Source: Octopus sinensis | Lineage: Eukaryota | Direction of reading: 5' to 3' | Length of the DNA: 64,000 nucleotides | Assembly: GCF_006345805.1 (NCBI RefSeq) | Contig: NC_043015.1 | Coordinates: forward strand, 50,654,001 to 50,718,000 | Shown here: positions 40,021 through 53,040 of the stretch, in pieces | Layout of the letters: the number at the start of each line of letters is the position of its first letter | Position numbering within the stretch: position 1 is the stretch's first letter | Position numbers and translations under genes: made by a program | The notes under the pieces: model-generated | Told to the model about the DNA's origin: nothing | What the model saw: the letters and a program-made list of their open reading frames with translations, nothing else | Database searches by the model: none

Positions 40021-40766
40021 AGAAATCTGGTATATTAGAGAATAGCAATCTTGTGGATCACACTTCATCGTTTGGCTGACAGCATATTGTAAGACTGGTC
40101 AATTTGAGTTCACCTGGGGTTATACGGCAGCTGGAATCACCCACCTCACCTACAGGGAAGAGGTTACCTAAAGAACAAGTGATTTCATGATTTCAAACAG
40201 TTTTGATGATCAGATTTGTTCAGAACACATCAAAACATCAAAAGCCAAAAGAAAAAAAAAACATATTCCGCCTTCAAAGTAACATAGTGTAATCGTAAAA
40301 AAATTATCCAGCCTTTATTTTGTTCTCTTTTTCTCCCTCTAAATTCTTAAATGTCTAGCAAAAGTTTTTGGATCGACTGCTATTTCAGTGTCTTAAGGTC
40401 AACAAACCATTAAAAGAGATTAAGAATTCCAGTGCCATTAACTACTTAAACGACCATACATTATTTCTTTTGTTTGGTCTGCTCCTTTTATATTTGTCAG
40501 AAGCCAAAACATTTTCCAAAGAACAGATTTCATATAATTATAACATTATTCTTATGAGATTAACATCAAAAGTTTATATGGCATAAGATTCTACAAAGTT
40601 AGTTCTTGGACAAAGTAAAATTTTTTTTACTTTAACAAGATTCCATGATGCAAGACAAAAGACAGAAACTAAAATAACTGTTGTTTATTTGTTTGTTTGT
40701 TTGTTTAGTCAAAAATTTTTCAATTTTGATAGATTTTTCTTGTTTTCAAAATATTTTGGCAATTTA

Positions 40767-41537
40767 GGCAGAGGAGTGGCTGTGTGGTAAGTTGCTTGCT
40801 TACGAACCACATGGTTCCGGGTTCAGTCCCACCGCGTGGCACCTTGGGCAAGTGTCTTCTATAGCCTCGGGCTGACCAAAGCCTTGTGAGTGGATTTGGT
40901 AGACGGAAACTGAAAGAAGCCCGTAGTATATATGTATATGTATATATATATATTTATATATTAAGTGTAGGAAAAAAATGGAGCTGAACGAAGATTTAAC
41001 AAAATTCCTTTATATTATTTTCTACATATGTTTCGAAGGCTGCAAAGCCTTCGAAACATAAGTAGAAAATAATATAAAGGAATTTTGTTAAATCTTCGTT
41101 CAGCTCCATTTTTTCCTACACTTAATATATAAAACTTCAAATTTCCGCACTAAGGCACGGTTTTTATGCCCCATGGTCATAATTTCAACCGTGTTTTTTC
41201 TGTTGTGATTTTTGCTACCCAGGTATCGGTTATCATTTGAATTATCCGTAATAAGATAATTCATTTATCTACTTCAATAATATATATATACATATATATA
41301 TATGTATGTGTGTGTATATGTTTGTGTGTCTGTGTTTGTCCCCCTAGCATTGCTTGACAACTGATGTTGGTGTGTTTACGTCCCCATAACTTAGCAGTTC
41401 AGCTAAATAGACTGATAGAATAAGTACTAGGCTTACAAAGAATAAGTCCTGGGTGGGGTCCAATTTGCTCGACTAAAGGCAGTGCTCCAGCATAGCCACA
41501 GTTAAATGACTGAAACAAGTAAAAGAGTAAAAGAGTA
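40767..41537 (+). mobile_element. SINE family A interrupted in its internal (TA)n by a fold-back element (40955-41280)
   Basis: SINE 5' half at 40767-40930 and 3' half at 41310-41537. The insert has ~87-bp inverted arms around a GCAA loop (41042-41045). Confidence 0.85.
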
Positions 41538-43292
41538 AGTATCTCTTGTTTAGAGATATATAGATTGCTATTCTGAAAAAGTGCTTTTTCCAAATTTCAG
41601 CTTTTTTTTGTTTTTGTTTTGCTAAATTTATGCCAATTGTTTATATTAATTCTTCACTTCCAATTTTTGATCATAAATTGAAAGAATGCTTCTTTGCAAA
41701 TGAGATTTTCATTAAACCAATAAACACAGGAGTTGCAAGGGATTTAGCTACTATTTCTAAAGGGTTGATAGCAAACCAAGTAGAGGCCCCACCCACTGTT
41801 TTCCTTAACAAGCAACCAAGAGAAAGAGGGAGGAATAAATAAATAAATAATTAAAGGGGGCAAATGATTAAGAAAGGGAAAAAAGACTCAGTCAGGTAGG
41901 GAGATTAAACAAAAATTAATACAGTATAGCAGGCAGAGAGTTAGAGAGCAAGAAGAAATACAGAGATGAAGATACAAAAATTGGGATATGGGGTGAGAGA
42001 TTCATCATATTGATTTTTTATTTGAAACTTGTAGCAAATTAAAATTTCAAGTCAGAGTTCAACGGAAGAGGAAATGAATAACTGAGGTGGGGGGGGGGCA
42101 CCTTGCTGACTTTTGGAAGAACATATCAATAAATGGGTTTCGATTGTAGGATAATGGATATGGAAAAGACAGAGCATCTAAACAGACACCATCTCGTCCT
42201 TGCATGGGGCACTGAGGTGGGGCGGCAGTCAGATTTAGTTGACTCAATGCAAGTCAGGTCGATGGAAGCTTAACAGAAAAATCGGAAGAGTGACACGGAT
42301 GAATTTGCTGTGAATGTGATCGAAATGAAAGAATATAAACAAAAACAAGAACAAATAAATCTAAAACAGGAGGTTGAAGACAGATAAACTAAGATGAGGT
42401 GTGTAAGATGTAACCATACACCTAAGGAGATTTCGTCTTATATTTCTGTAGCAAATAGCAACAACCTGATTAATAAACGTAATTTTTGCTAGGGCTTGCA
42501 ATACAGTTTTAATCAACAGTAAAAGTCATTCACCATATTTCATGGCACATATGATGCATGTCTTTTCCAAAAATGTCTCAAAGAATTCCCCTGGGTCCTA
42601 TACGCAAAGTTGGGCCTTCCATAAGCTAATATTACATGCTTTAATGCACTAAAAACTTTTCTCTTGCATAAGCATTGCTGATGTTGGGCTGCATCAAATA
42701 TGCCATGAAATGCAGTCATTTTACTAATCTGTGTTGTAGAATGGTTGGTAAGTTCCCAGAAAGACGAGACTGCTTTGCAGCTTTGATTCCCAGTTGAATC
42801 TTTCACTTAACTCAATGTACTTTTGTCTTTGACTGAAAGAATCAGCACCTCATCCTTGAAATTTTCTTCCAATCTTTGGCTTGTTGTGCAAAACTGAATC
42901 AGAGAATCCATCAAAATAATATTGTAAAAGAAAGAAAAAACACTGAACTAAGGCTATATATGTCTATAAATATACTGTATTCTTTTCCCAATTTCACCTA
43001 ATGGGCAATGACAATACTGGAGCTAACAACAAATTTATCAAGTTTACTAAATCTCAGCACTTACTGTAATGGTAGATAAAGCATTTTATTAACTAACACA
43101 AATTTTTGCATTATCACTATTTTACTGAATGAACCATTTTATTTTCCCAGTTTGGCAACAAGCTAGCAGAATTATAGGTACATCACACAGAATGTTTAGT
43201 GGTATCTCCCCTGATGTATGAAGTTCAACTTGTGCTAAGGTCAACTTTGCATTTCATCCTATCAGGGTTGATAAAATAAGTACTGGAGTTAT

Positions 43293-43503
43293 AGTTCTAT
43301 ATTTAAGAGATGAGGAATTATGTACACTATTTACATTTGATGGATATTTGTCCTCATCTTGTTTGTATTTAACATGTTTCAGCTGATATACCCTCCAGTC
43401 TTCATCAGGTGTCTTGGAGAAATTTCAAACCTGGGTTCTCATTCCTAGGGTATTTTTTGATGTTATCATTTTTTTGATATTCTCATTCCTAAGGCATTTT
43501 TGA

Positions 43504-43544
<41 letters not shown>

Positions 43545-43614
43545 TCACTGTCTGAAATCAAACTCGGAATCTTGGGGTTAGTTTCCCGTGCTCTTAACAA
43601 CAACAACAATAATA

Positions 43615-43678
<64 letters not shown>

Positions 43679-43829
43679 ATCGAAAAATAGCTTAGGAATG
43701 AGAACCCAGGTTCGAAATTTCCCCAAGACACCTGATGAAGGCTGGAGAGTATATCAGCCGAAACTTTGTGTTAACAACAAACAAGATGAGGACAAATATC
43801 TGTCAAATGTAAATAATGTAAATAATGTA
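43293..43829. mobile_element. Inverted pair of the tRNA-head plus hammerhead element (family H)
   Basis: Minus arm with a damaged HHR (~43371-43412) and partial tRNA head (43541-43598). Plus arm HHR ACAC-CTGATGA-AGGCTG...CAGCC-GAAA-CTTT-GTGT at 43728-43771. Confidence 0.8.
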
Positions 43830-45044
43830 AGTACTGCGGTTGATATAATTGATTTGTCCGCTCCTCATGAAATAACTGGCTTTGTACCAAAATCTGAAGA
43901 ACCATTATTATTAAGGTGGCAAGCTGATAGAATCAATTATCACATTGATGCTTAACGGCATTTCTTACAACTCATTATGTCTAGGGCTGATAAAATAAAT
44001 AAATGCTAGTTTAGCTTCAGAGTCAATGTAATCAACCTGCCCATACCCTAAAAATTTCTGGCCTCGTGCTAAAATTTGAAACCATTAACATCTTCATTGT
44101 GACTGGAGTTAATTTTGAATTCATTTTTGATTGGTTTTGTTACAAATCATTGGAGTCTGCCTGTCACCTCTCAGATTGGATTTTTTATTTTCATTTTTTT
44201 CCCTGTCTTTCTCGTATAATTTAAAATTTCAATCAACAAGCAAATAAAAATTTAAAATGAATTAAATATTCAACATCAGTTGCTGTAAAAATACGGAACA
44301 AACATTAAAAAAAAAAAAAAACGGAATAACACAACTGACATTTGATTAAAAGTATTTAGCATACTTACGAATAATGATTAATGAATAATGATTTAATGAC
44401 AATAACTATGATAAATGAATGATTAACTGTAGTTAACCGTCGTCGTTGTTGTCATCATCATTGTCACCACCACCAACATCACCCCTATCAAAACCACCAC
44501 CACCACCACCATCATCATCACCACCATCTCCACTATTATCACCACCACCACTACCCGTCGTATATATATATATATATATTTATATATATTTATATATGTT
44601 TGTGTGTCTGTGTTTGTCCCCCCACTATCGCTTGACAACCGATGTTGGTGCGTTTACATTCCCGTAACTTAGCAGTTCAGCAAAAGATACCGGTAGAATA
44701 AGTACCAGGCTTACAAAGAATAAGTCCTGGGGTCGATTTGTTTGACTAAAGGCGGTGCTCCAACATGGCGACAGTCAAATGACTGAAACATGTAAAAGAG
44801 TAAAAATCTATACATATGTATGTGTTGCAGAAATCTATTTATGACAAGCAACAGATTTTGGTCAGCATTTCTTATATTCTCCAAGCAGTATTTCTCAACC
44901 CCACTTTTTTTTTTTACTAATGGAACCCATTTGATTCCTGTCTCACTTGGAAAGACCCTAAATATTAAAAAAAAATCCTGTTGTATTTTTATAATCATAT
45001 ATTATTAGGAATTCTGTAAAAAGACTATTCTTGTTCCTCTTACT

Positions 45045-45239
45045 TTGTTCAGTCACATGACTGTGGCCATGCTGGAGCGCGGCTTTTAGTCAAATGAATC
45101 GACCCCAGGACTTATTTTTTTGTAAGCCTAGTATTGGTCTCTTTTGCCGAAATGCAAAGTTATGAGGACGTAAACACACCAACATTGGTTGTCAAGCAAT
45201 GATGGGAGTACAAATACAAACATACAAATACATACATAC

Positions 45240-45282
<43 letters not shown>

Positions 45283-45645
45283 CATCATCATCGTTTAACG
45301 TCCGTTTTCTGCGCTAGCACGGTTTGGACGGTTCGACCGGGGTCTGGGAAGCCAGGAGGCTGCACCAGGCTCCAATCTGATCTGGCAGTGTTTCTACAGC
45401 TGGATGCCCTTCCTAACGCCAACCACTCCGTGAGTGTAGTGGGTGCTATTTATATATATATATATACACACACACACATATTCAACGGGCTTCTTTCAGT
45501 TTCCGTCTATCAAATCCACTCACAAGGTTTGGTCAGCCTGAGGCTATAGTAGAAGACACCTGGCCAACGTGCCATGCAGTGGGACTGAACCCGGAGCCAT
45601 GTGGTTGGGAAGCAAGCTTCTTACCACACAGCTGCTCCTGCACCT
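45045..45645 (-). mobile_element. SINE family A carrying a nested (GAT)n-tailed RTE-associated element, itself inside a degenerate hAT MITE (~44887-45734)
   Basis: Family A halves flank the 45282-45447 insert. Outer ends are CAGTATTTCTCAACC and GCTGAGAATCGCTG. Confidence 0.7.
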
Positions 45646-47594
45646 GCTTAAATATTTTGTGTATCTCAGAAATATAATAACAAAATTTTATATGGACCCT
45701 CAAGGGCCATTAGAGTTTAGCTGAGAATCGCTGTCTGAGAGAGAGAAAGAGAGAGAGGAACGATTGTCAATTCAGTTATGAGTGATAATAAATATTCATG
45801 AATTTTACGAGACAAAAGGATATAAATAAAATAAGGAAATTTTATTAAAAGTTATGGTCTTCGTATTGATTTTGTCTTTCTCAAGTTTCTTTGCATTTCT
45901 TTTTAGAAAAATAAACATTGAGGAATGCGTATAAATATTCCTGTTGAACTAAATAAATCAATACATGACAAATATTTATTTTATTGACTCATGGGGGATG
46001 AAAGGTAAAGCGGGCCCCCACTGAGGTTTGAACCTGGACGCAACGCATTACTTCACTTGTCGTCTTATTTCTCTCATTGAACTCATGAATATTAATTAAT
46101 GTCTCGAGTGATTTAATCATCCGCTTGTTTAAGAATTACCTGTTCACAAATACCATATACATCGAAACGTGATGGACATTCAAACCAAAATGGAAGAAGC
46201 GTCTATGTGGCTGCTTGTTGTGTTCTTGAGCAAGACACTTTATTTCACGTTGCTTCAGTTCACTCAGCTGTAGAAATGAGTTGCGACATCACAGGTGCCA
46301 AGCTGTATCAGCCCCTTTGCCTTTCCCTTGGATAACATCAGTGGTGTGGATTAGGGGAGGACGGTATGCAAGGGTGACTGCTGGCCTTCCATAAACAACC
46401 TTGCCCGAACTTGTGCCTCGAGGGTAACTTTGTAGGTGCAATCCCATGGTCAGTCATGACCAAAGGGGGTCTCAGTATATATATATATATATATAACAAG
46501 CTTCTTTCAGTTTCCATCTACCAAATCCACTCACAAGGCTTTGGTCAGTCTGAGGCTATAGTAGAAAACACTTGTCCAAGGTGCCATGCAATGGGACTGA
46601 ACCTAAAACCATGTGGTTAGGAAGTAAACTTCTTACCTGCACCTAATTCTGATGAAACAGAATTTGTTTAAACAAGTATAGAAAGTATGTATTGTACTTG
46701 GTTTGAAATATTTTATTTCTAAGAAAAACCAAAATCCACTCTTAACCCCTAGCTCACCCTTATTATTTGCCAGCTCTTTGTGAGGTCACAATGTACCCCC
46801 AAGGAAAAGTGGGGGACCGTTGCTTTAGAGAATTTCCACCCACCCTCATCCTTTCCATAATGATCCAGTTTTGACATTTTTTCAAGAATTTCTTCAGATT
46901 TATGTTTTATAAAGTTTTGCATATTTTCTGAAGAATCATTCACAGGAATATCTGAAAAAAATTTCAAAATTAAGTTAAAACTGAAAAATTATGGAAAAGA
47001 TAAGAGGGGAAAGATCCTTTCTCCTATCTGCCTCCACATCTTTTTCTGTTTTGCTTTATTGCAGAACTGAAGTATCTGATGCATATTCAAACATACACAT
47101 CTAAAAAAAATTATGGTTTTTGGTACACTAGATCATTTCAGACTATTCTAGTAGAATGCAAGCATTCTGTTCTCTGCTTTATTGAACCTGACAATCCCAA
47201 AGCAACCTGGTTTTGATTTCCCATATAGATTCATTTCATTTATGATGTTCAAAGTCCTTTTGAAAATAACGAACATCACAACTTCCGATTCCTCTCTGGT
47301 TTCAATAAATCTAAGGTTTTTAGCAACCATCACAAAAACACTTCGCAAGTCAATGAACAACAAATAAGAAACGGCACAGCACATACATAAATATCTATAC
47401 ACACACACACACACAAACACATATATCATATACATGCATATTATATACACAGATATGCACACACCCATATAAGCCAGGAAAAGAAACAAAAATTAATGTA
47501 GTGATGAGGGACTGAATATCAATCAGCAAACTACCTTTATCACGATATATGTATACTTATGTATTCATAAAGATATAAAGACAGAAAAGATTTA

Positions 47595-47596
47595 CC

Positions 47597-47668
<72 letters not shown>

Positions 47669-47783
47669 GTATGTATGTATATGTACGTATGTATGTATAT
47701 AAATAAAAATATATATATGTATGTATGTATGTATATATGTATGTATATGCATGTATGTATTTGTATATATATGTGTATGTATA

Positions 47784-47822
<39 letters not shown>

Positions 47823-47897
47823 GTATATATATATATATGTATATATATATGTACATATATATATATATACGTATATATAATTATATATATACATATC

Positions 47898-47928
<31 letters not shown>

Positions 47929-47970
47929 GGATACACATACACATATGTATGTATATGTGTGTATATATAT
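47595..47970. repeat. (TA)n/(TATG)n microsatellite
   Basis: Directly visible. Confidence 0.95.
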
Positions 47971-48821
47971 TTCTTCAGGTTTTACTTACTTTGTGTCTCC
48001 ATTGACCATTTCCAACTTTATGATCTCTATTAACTCATTTTTATATTTTCTATTTATCAATCTTTTTCTTTTTTTTTTTTATTGATCTCACAAAAGAACT
48101 GTATTCTTTTTTTTTTTTTTTTGGCTTGTTTTTCGTAAGAAAGTTTCGCCAACTTATTTTCTTCAGTACAGAACTTGGAAACCCACTCATTCTCTATTGG
48201 GGGGGGGGGTGATGGAAGGAAAACTCAGAGTAAGCAAAGTGTCAAATATCATGGCATTTATTTCCATCTCATTCAGTTCTAACTTCAAACTCCAGAGAAG
48301 TCGGTTTATGATTTTCTTCATTTTTTTTTTTTCAATAATATATTGATTTTCTCCATATAAACAACTCACTGTACACTAACATTCGCCGCCTCTTTTCCCC
48401 TCTCCCATGCTAACATTCACCTTGTTTCTCCCTCTTCTGCACTAACTGTTCACCCTTTCTTTCTCTCCCCACCGCCGCACTAGCATTCATTTTCTCTTTC
48501 ATTTTCCGCAGTGGCTGTCACCCTGTTTCTTTCACTTAATGCCATTTCAGGCTTAAAGCAAATGTCTTACAATAAAGATATTTGTTTCAGCAAACTAGAT
48601 CCACATGACGGTTTCAATTGCAAATAGAAACCCATTCGTAATTAATTGACAAAAAATTAATGCCTACAACAAATATTATTACTCCGAAAGTAAGCAGCAA
48701 ATTACACAAACAAGTTTCAATTTACATTTAAAGCCATTTTAAATCATCTTAGTCTTTGAGAGCTTATCTTACCAACACATAACTTTCAGAAAAATGAATA
48801 TTTTTAATGAAAGCAACAATC

Positions 48822-49236
48822 GAGCACGATCGTTGCTAGTGCCACCTGACTGGTTCCTGTGCCGGTGGCAGGTAAAAAGCACCATTCAAGCGTGGTCGAT
48901 GCCAGTGCTGGCCGACTGGTCCCATGCCAGTGGCATGTAAAAAGCACCATTTGAGCATGATCCTTACTAGTGCCACCTAACTAGTTCCTGTACCGGTGGC
49001 ACATAAAAAGTCCCATTTGAGCGTGGCCGATGCCAGTGCCGGCTGAGTGACTCCCATGCCAGTGGCACATAAAAAGTACCATTCATGCATGATCGTTACC
49101 AGTGCCACCTGACTGGCACGTAAAAAGCACCATTTGAGCATGGTCAATGCCAGTGCCAGCTGACTGGTCTCATGCCATTGGCACGTAAAAAGTACCATTC
49201 AAGTGTGGCCGATGCCAGTACCTCCTGACTGGCCCT
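48822..49236 (+). repeat. Minisatellite, ~65-bp unit x ~6.5, alternating a/b variants
   Basis: Each unit ends TGGCACRTAAAAAG(C/T)ACCATT. Same unit as the 5' part of 34545-34750. Confidence 0.9.
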
Positions 49237-50614
49237 CGTCCCCAGAGCCGGAACCAATCAAGGGGTAGCTGGAGTCAGTAAAACTATACTGACTCTAACT
49301 CCAACTCACGGTATCTTTATTCTTTAAAATAAACCAGTTTTAACATATAGGCCTACTCAAAGTACAAGCATATGCATATGCTTTATGAAATACGTAGACC
49401 AGAATCACTTAATTACATAAAGAGGAGTCAGAGTCAAAGCTTCTGTTTCAACTCCACAGACTTGCTTTACATCCCCATAACTTAGCAGTTTGGCAAAAGA
49501 GACCAATAGAATAAGTACCAGGCTTAATATTAGATTGGTCTTAGAGTCGTATTTTATGGATCCATGGAAAGTATTTGGGTTCGATGTATTTCTCGCAAGA
49601 AACAGCAAAGCTTCTTTCTCTGACATTTTACATAGTGCAGCCCACATCAGAGAACGTATGGTAAACAAAATAGGAATTTTGAAAGAAGTACCTATAAAAT
49701 TAGCTTTTGAGCATCAAATGAGCATTTTAAATGGCGGTGCCCCAGCATGGCCACAGCTCATAAGCTGAAACTGGAAAAATCAAAAATCAAATCAAAATCA
49801 AATGGTTTAGTGGGGTCCACCAGAATAAAATGGTAATCAAAGGGGCCCATAGATAAAAAAAAATGGGTGAAAATCACAGGCGTAGATCATGTACAAAGAA
49901 CCTTTTTCAGTACCAGGAGCAAATTGCAAGAAGCTAGGAGGGCAACATCCATGCTGCGAAAAATAATGAATCTTCACTTTTGCAAATTTACATAAAATTA
50001 CTCTTTTGGCATTAAGGGTTGGCGGGGGGGGGGGCTTCTTCCCCCCCCTCTCACTCTTTTTGCATTCTTTTGGTTTGCGGTCACAAATTAAAAAAGATTG
50101 ACACTTTCGCAATATCCAGATAGGCATGCCAAAAAGACACCCAACCATTTTTTTTTTTGCTTTTTTAAAGAGTTTCTTTGGATTCCTGTGTTTTAACAGC
50201 AGTGATTACAACTTCCACCCCCACCCCCCACCAAAAAAAGGAAGGAAAAAAAAGTTATTCAGATTGTCTCACATTCAAATTTTTCTTTTTCTTTTTTATT
50301 TTTTACATTTTTTGAAATCTTTTTTTGAAGAAGGCAGAAGATACCACATTTAAATATAACGATATTATGGTTCCATTGGGGGTAAAAAAAACCATTTTCA
50401 AAATTCCCATTTTTTAATACTGATTGCTCGTGATAATTTCTCAATTTCATTTTATGGTCATAAACCAAAAGAATGATGGGTTTTTTCTCCTTTCCGCCAT
50501 ATGCTTTATTTTTCTCTCTTTTAGTATTTCTCAGTATGTAGTTTCACATTTGTTGGCGACAAGGGGTTCCTCGTCATCTTGAATGTAGGCTCCTTCATTG
50601 GTTAATAGAAAGAA

Positions 50615-50659
<45 letters not shown>

Positions 50660-50839
50660 AATTTACATAATGTTATTAGTTTGACAACCATTAAATAATT
50701 ACCAATGCACAAACACACGGACATTAAAATAATGCAGTGTACCGGAGTACATTTACATGTTTTAAACATGAATTTTTCAATGTTCATGCGGCGGTTGATG
50801 TATCAATAACTTCTTAACGGTTGTCAAACGAACACCATT

Positions 50840-51457
50840 ATGCAAATTAGCTCAGCTGTGCGTGAACGAAGGCATTTTTCTATGTGACTATATGAACTGT
50901 TTGCTGCCGGTTGCATGACAACAGACACTCTAAGAGCTAATCTTTTTGAAAATTTCTACACAGATGTAGTTTTTCATGCTAATTTCAAAAATCATAACCG
51001 TTTTGGGGAGAGATTATAAATTAAAATATTGGAAATCTTTAAAGACTGAAATTTTCTAATTCCAGCCAATCAGATGTAGCCATTTTCGACACACCGGAAG
51101 TCACAATAGCTCCAAACTGCACGTTTGAGTAATTTCAACCAAACACTTGGAGTGTTTCCACATGAATATTTATTTCACAGCAAGACTGGAAATGCTTAAA
51201 ATATAATCATACTTCTGTGTATCATTTAAAAAAATGATAATGTTACACAGGTAATTTCTGGTAGTACCCAACGCATACACACTCTCTACATCCTGATTTA
51301 AATGTAGGAGTCATTCGTCAAATGTTACCTACTTTTCTGGAAGCCTCTGTGCTAGAAAGAACAACCAAACCTCCTTCCAATCAGAAGCCTTAGAAAACAA
51401 TATGGTGGATAACTTGTTACTAGGTTGAGCAATCTTTCGTATTCATACATGACGTCA
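50840..51457. promoter_or_regulatory. Candidate promoter or enhancer motif cluster
   Basis: ATGCAAAT 50840, CAGCTG 50853, GTTGCATGACAAC 50910, AGCCAATCAG 51064, GCCATTTT 51079, ACCGGAAGT 51093, TGACGTCA 51450. Confidence 0.35.
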
Positions 51458-51534
51458 GCAATTTACAACACTCATACACATACATACCTACGTACACATT
51501 GCTTTGTATTTTTTTGCAATTCGTTTATGTCTAT

Positions 51535-51730
51535 ACAATTGCAGCATGGAAGGTGTTTATAAGCCATTTAAGAAAATATTTTGGCAAAATAAATTTAAAT
51601 GTTGAAGTGAATCTAACGGTTTTTGTGCATTTCTTAAATGGCTTATAAACGCCTTCCACGCTGCAATTGTTTTCGTTCCAGCACACAATTCCAGATCAGG
51701 TCACTTGCTATGCAAGTACATCTACATAAT
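51535..51730. mobile_element. Short fold-back element with one-sided tail (PLE-like architecture)
   Basis: Inverted arms 51535-51575 and 51630-51670, followed by unique sequence on the right. Confidence 0.5.
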
Positions 51731-52644
51731 ATGTTTATACATTTTTTTAATAATTTATATAATTCTTTTTAATCTGTTTATTTAATTTTGTTCTTCCTGT
51801 TCCTTGAAAGCAACACACACACACATCACATACACACACCACACACCCTGCCTCCTTTCTCTACCAGTCAACAGTGTGTATGTATGTATATGTATTTAGT
51901 TATGTATGCATATGTGTGTGTTTGAATGTATATTTGTTTGTTCAGCTCTCTCGTGCAAATCAAAGACAACATTGATAATCCCCGACACATGAAAAAAAAA
52001 TTAAAGAAATAAAAATTTCTGTAAATTGTCAAACATAGTTATGACATCACAAATAGTAAATGACTGCTCCGATGCACGGGGATGTGATGGGATGGTCACG
52101 ATTGGAATGTCTAATTAATCATAGCTCTGCTTATTTAGTGCTGACCCAGAGTTCAAACAACATAAACAGATTTGCTGATGCCAGCCAACAAGGTTCTCTA
52201 CCAGGTTGCTCGACCTGCTAAAAATAGTAACTGCATCCTACCATTTTGAAAAAATAATAATAATACATTGGATAATGAAGTCTGTATCACTCCATCTTCA
52301 AAAAATAAAAGAAAAGAAAATGGGGCAGGCACAACTTGAACACTTGTTGTTTTTTTTTAATTAATTGAAATGTGCTTGATCAGCAATGACTTTGGGTTAC
52401 AACAACAATAATGATAATGTCTTGAAGTTAGTCAGAAAACCAGTCAACTAGTTGAACAGCAGCACATGGCACCTTTGGGGGAGTTCATGCCACTAAAGCA
52501 TTCGGGTTAGGTTTCTAATTTAAGGATATCTATATTCTTCACTCTTACCTTTACAAGGTCTTGGAGGCCTTGTAAATGGTCATAGGAACAACATTACCCC
52601 TCTTGATTCTTGACTAAAAGTTTTTTAAAAAAATGTTAACTAAG

Positions 52645-53040
52645 TCACAGGCACGACTGCGTGCTAAGAAGTTTGCTTTCCAACCACATGGTTCTGAGTT
52701 CAGTCCCACTGCATGGCACCTTGGGTAAGTGTCTTTTATTATAGTCTTGGGCAGACCAAGCCCTTGTGAGTGGATTTAGTAGACAGAAACTGAGAGAAGC
52801 TCATCGTATATATTTAGGTGTATGTGTGTTTGTGTCTGTGTTTATTTCTCACCACTGCTTGACAACCGGTGTTGGTGTGCTTACATCCCCATAACTTAGT
52901 GGTTCGGCAAAATCAGACCAATAGAATATGTACTAGTCTTAAAATAAGTAGGTACTGGGGTTGATTCATTTGACTAAAAATTCTTGAAGGTGGTGCTCCA
53001 GTATGGCCGCAATCTAATGACTGAAACAAGATAAAAAGAT
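52645..53040 (+). mobile_element. SINE family A, degenerate
   Basis: Matches the family A consensus. Its 5' half is duplicated with flank at 53721-53987. Confidence 0.8.

Noticed and set aside
40113-40166. Possible 54-nt minus-strand exon (GNLFPVGEVGDSSCRITP)
   Set aside because: Weak donor and no recognisable homology.
42540-42900. Repeat-free stretch with an 88-aa ORF
   Set aside because: Stops occur in all frames after the best acceptor, and no domain is recognisable.
48822-49236. CRISPR-like array
   Set aside because: Eukaryotic context, spacers homologous to one another, and no cas genes.
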